A stretch of DNA of 64,000 bases from an uncultured Actinomycetota bacterium (GTDB lineage: Bacteria > Actinomycetota > Actinomycetes > Actinomycetales > Microbacteriaceae). Location: positions 2,978 through 66,977 of the forward strand of contig CAVOFY010000006.1 of NCBI GenBank assembly GCA_963695125.1, written 5' to 3'. The first letter of the stretch is position 1. Every line of letters begins with the position of its first letter. Below the pieces are notes generated by a model. It was not told where the DNA came from, ran no database searches, and saw only the letters and a list, made by a program, of their open reading frames with translations. The translations under genes and the position numbers were made by a program. Below are positions 61,317 to 64,000 of this stretch, piece by piece.

Positions 61317-62350
61317 AGATCGACATGGGAATGATCGGCGCCTCGAGCGCCGAGTGCGGCCCGATCGCCGCGCGGGCCGAGCTCGAAGGATTCGACGGGG
61401 TCTGGGCGAGCGAGAGCGTGACGGATGCCTTCCTCCAGTCGCAGGCGGCACTGCTGAGCACGTCGCGCCTCACCGTGGGGACCGCGATCGCCGTCGCGTT
61501 CGCCCGCAACCCGATGTCGACCGCCTATGCGGCGTGGGACCTCGCCGGCATGTCGGGCGGACGCTTCATCCTGGGCCTCGGCAGCCAGATCCAGCCGCAC
61601 ATCGAGCGCCGCTTCTCGATGCCGTGGTCCTCGCCCGTCTCCCGGATGCGGGACTTCCTCATGGCACTCGACGCGATCTTCACGTCGTGGCGCGAGGGCA
61701 CCAAACTCGACTACCAGGGCACGCACTACCAGCACACCCTCATGACGCCGGTCTTCACCCCGAAGCACCACGACCACCGCATCCCGACCATGATCGCCGC
61801 CGTCGGCGAGCGCATGACGAGCCTCGGAGCCGAGCTGTGCGACGGGATCCTCCTGCACGGGATGACGACGACCGCGTATCTCGACGGGGTGACGCTGCCG
61901 GCCGTCGAGCGCGGCCTGGCAGCGTCGGGCCGCACGCGCGAGGCCATCGATCTGTACGTGCCGCTCTTCCTCGTGATGGGCGACACCGAGGAGGAGCTCG
62001 CCGAGCAGAAGCGCAAGACGCGCGAGCAGATCGCGTTCTACGCCTCCACCCCCGCGTACTCGGCCGTGCTCGACACGATCGGGCAGGGCGCTCTGCAGCC
62101 CGAGATGCAAGCGCTCTCGCGCCAGGGCCGCTGGACCGAGATGGCAGACCTCGTCGACGACGAGCTGCTCGAGGCCATTGCGGTGATCGGCACCCCCGAC
62201 GAGATGCCCGAGCTGTGCAAGGCGCGCTTCGGCGGCCGGGTCGACCGCATCTCGTCGTACTACGGCTGGTCGATCGACGACCCCGACAGGCTTCGCGACA
62301 TCCTCTCCCGCTTCGACGACGAACCGGGCACGACCGCCGAGGAGGCATGA
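61313..62350 (+). CDS. LLM-class oxidoreductase, probably F420-dependent
   Basis: GTAIAVAFARNPM, AWDL, LGLGSQIQPHIERRFSMPW, HTLMTP, FYASTPAY. Confidence 0.9.
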   Translation: MKIDMGMIGASSAECGPIAARAELEGFDGVWASESVTDAFLQSQAALLSTSRLTVGTAIAVAFARNPMSTAYAAWDLAGMSGGRFILGLGSQIQPHIERRFSMPWSSPVSRMRDFLMALDAIFTSWREGTKLDYQGTHYQHTLMTPVFTPKHHDHRIPTMIAAVGERMTSLGAELCDGILLHGMTTTAYLDGVTLPAVERGLAASGRTREAIDLYVPLFLVMGDTEEELAEQKRKTREQIAFYASTPAYSAVLDTIGQGALQPEMQALSRQGRWTEMADLVDDELLEAIAVIGTPDEMPELCKARFGGRVDRISSYYGWSIDDPDRLRDILSRFDDEPGTTAEEA

Positions 62351-62823
62351 CCATGGGCAGACTGACCCCGCAGGACCTGGTTTCGAGGGCCGAGATCGCC
62401 GACACGCTGCACGCATACAGCCGCGGGGTGGACCGCCGCGACATCGATCTGCTCGCGGATCTGTTCACCGAGGATGCGACGTTCGACTACGGACACGGCC
62501 GCATCACACAGGGACGGGACGACCTGCGCGCCCTGTTCATCGCCTCGACGGGCAAGTACACCGCGACGAGCCACCACGTCTCGACCATCGCGTACCTGCG
62601 GCTCGATGCCGAGAGCGCGACGACGCTCACGTACGTCTACGCCTTCCACGACACAGGGGAGAACCACCTCCACATCTGGGGCTGCTACGAGGATGAACTC
62701 GTCGACGACGGCGATCGCTGGCGCATCGCGTCGCGCAGGGTGCGCCCCGTGGGCGCCCGCACGACGTCGTCCGAGGAGCTGCCTGAGCGCTTCGAGCGGT
62801 ACGCGCGCGCCGAGATCGACTGA
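62347..62823 (+). CDS. NTF2/SnoaL-like protein (BaiE/LinA type)
   Basis: AYSRGVDRRD, LFTEDA, TSHHVS, G.YED, WRIASR. Confidence 0.85.
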   Translation: MTMGRLTPQDLVSRAEIADTLHAYSRGVDRRDIDLLADLFTEDATFDYGHGRITQGRDDLRALFIASTGKYTATSHHVSTIAYLRLDAESATTLTYVYAFHDTGENHLHIWGCYEDELVDDGDRWRIASRRVRPVGARTTSSEELPERFERYARAEID

Positions 62824-62828
62824 GCCAT

Positions 62829-62860
62829 CGGTGTGCGCCGCCGCACGGCGGCGCACACCG
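62829..62860. terminator. Likely bidirectional terminator between convergent genes
   Basis: CGGTGTGCGCCGCCG-CA-CGGCGGCGCACACCG perfect 15-bp inverted repeat. Confidence 0.75.
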
Positions 62861-62864
62861 CACC

Positions 62865-63833
62865 TCAGAGGTCGAGCTCGTAGACGTCGAAGGCGTGCTG
62901 CGTGTCGCAGTACTCGCGCACCTCTTCGATGAGTCCTTCGGGGGTGATCCCGAGCACGAACGAATAGCGGTTCTGATACATCCGGCCGTTCGCGAGCCGC
63001 TCGCCTTCGCTTACCGCTTCGACGCACACGAGTCCCGACTCCTCGAACCGGTCGTCGACCGTGATGCGGTGGGCCTCGACCCGCAGACCGCCCTTGTATG
63101 CCTGCTGGATCTGCCCGATCCGCTGTCCTCGCTGCGAGACCAGAACGCGTCCGACGACGAGCATCTCAGGATCCGTATCCACGGGCCCCTCGACATCCGA
63201 CCATCTGCGGTCGCGGCCGCCGTCTGCCCACCACGTCGCTTCGGGCGTGAAGAGCGACATGAACAGCTCCTGGTCGCCCGTCGAGATCGACTCGAGGAAC
63301 CGCAGCGCGATCGCCTCGGCCTCCGACCCCGCCACGAGAGGCCGCTCGGGGAACTGCTGCCGGTCGAGCCGAGTGCGGCGCTCGAGGTTTCGCCCGTCGA
63401 AGACGCTCGCCGCGTGCCGCGTGTCGAGGTACTCGCGCACCGACCTGACGAGCCCGTCGGCGACCTCGATGACGAAGCAGTACCGGTTGCGATACGCACG
63501 CTCGCCGTTGTAGAGCCCGTCGCCGGCCACTTCGAGCACAGCGAAGCGGCCTCCTGCGAACGATCTGCGCACGATCTGCCGGACTCCGCCGGGAAAGCGG
63601 ACGCGCACGCCCCGGAGTCCGTCGGCTTTCTCGGCCGCGTCCATCCTGCCGTGCAGGGGCCAGGGGCGGTCGACTCCGGGATCGACGTCGAATCGGCCGC
63701 TCTCGCGATCGAGGCCCGTGTCGACCCACCAGGTCGCGTCCGGCGCCATCCACGCCCGCACCCCTTCGGCGTCGTTCGCATCCAGCGCGCTCATGAAGCC
63801 GAGCGCCACGTTCAGGGTCTCGCTGTGGGTCAT
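62865..63833 (-). CDS. Tandem double NTF2/SnoaL-domain protein
   Basis: Internal repeat: PDATWW/PEATWW, YRNRYCF/YQNRYSF, VREYLDT/VREYCDT. Confidence 0.85.
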   Translation of the reverse strand: MTHSETLNVALGFMSALDANDAEGVRAWMAPDATWWVDTGLDRESGRFDVDPGVDRPWPLHGRMDAAEKADGLRGVRVRFPGGVRQIVRRSFAGGRFAVLEVAGDGLYNGERAYRNRYCFVIEVADGLVRSVREYLDTRHAASVFDGRNLERRTRLDRQQFPERPLVAGSEAEAIALRFLESISTGDQELFMSLFTPEATWWADGGRDRRWSDVEGPVDTDPEMLVVGRVLVSQRGQRIGQIQQAYKGGLRVEAHRITVDDRFEESGLVCVEAVSEGERLANGRMYQNRYSFVLGITPEGLIEEVREYCDTQHAFDVYELDL

Positions 63834-63850
63834 CGTCGATCGTCCTCTCC

Positions 63851-64000
63851 TCAGTGCTGCATGCCGCCGCCGTCGACGACCAGCACCTGGCCGTTGACGC
63901 CCGTCGCGGTCTCGCCCGCGAAGAACGCGACGGCAGCCGCGACCTCGTCGGGCGTCAAGAACGAGCCGGTCGCTGTGCTCCGCTCGAGGCGGCGCCGGAT
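63851..64000 (-). CDS. SDR oxidoreductase, C-terminal part (gene starts beyond the window)
   Basis: TPDEVAAAVAFFAG...VNGQVLVVDGG stop. Confidence 0.8.
   Translation of the reverse strand: MRRRLERSTATGSFLTPDEVAAAVAFFAGETATGVNGQVLVVDGGGMQH

Overview
High-GC actinobacterial DNA; gene content, leaderless starts and motif usage point to Microbacteriaceae (inference). Many conserved genes carry single-base frameshifts, clustered at about 1-15 kb and 44-56.5 kb, most likely long-read indel errors. Bases 1-27.3 kb look like core chromosome: a putrescine/GABA operon (SSADH, APC permease, USP, putrescine oxidase, gabT, PucR), a DUF559 nuclease gene between two nested-palindrome repeats, a truncated FAD oxidoreductase, ramB-aceB-aceA, an aminotransferase, murB, a hadAB-like pair, a ROK-linked sugar ABC/Gfo-Idh-MocA cluster and yaeQ. 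From about 27.3 kb to the end is a dense CoA-dependent catabolic region: seven acyl-CoA dehydrogenases, a split ACAD10/11 (Lva-like) module, a Baeyer-Villiger monooxygenase, a CoA-transferase, an HMG-CoA-lyase-family enzyme, two thiolase/DUF35 systems (one with an HMGS-fold-DUF35 fusion), four luciferase-like enzymes, three NTF2/SnoaL proteins and two LivJ-type binding proteins. The strongest hidden signal is five exact matches to the KstR2 operator AnCAAGnnCTTGnT in promoter gaps of this region, next to a KstR2-like TetR gene. The canonical steroid C/D-ring genes are not recognisable in the window, which suggests a KstR2-type regulon repurposed for an unknown substrate. I saw no rRNA, tRNA, CRISPR array, integrase or transposase.
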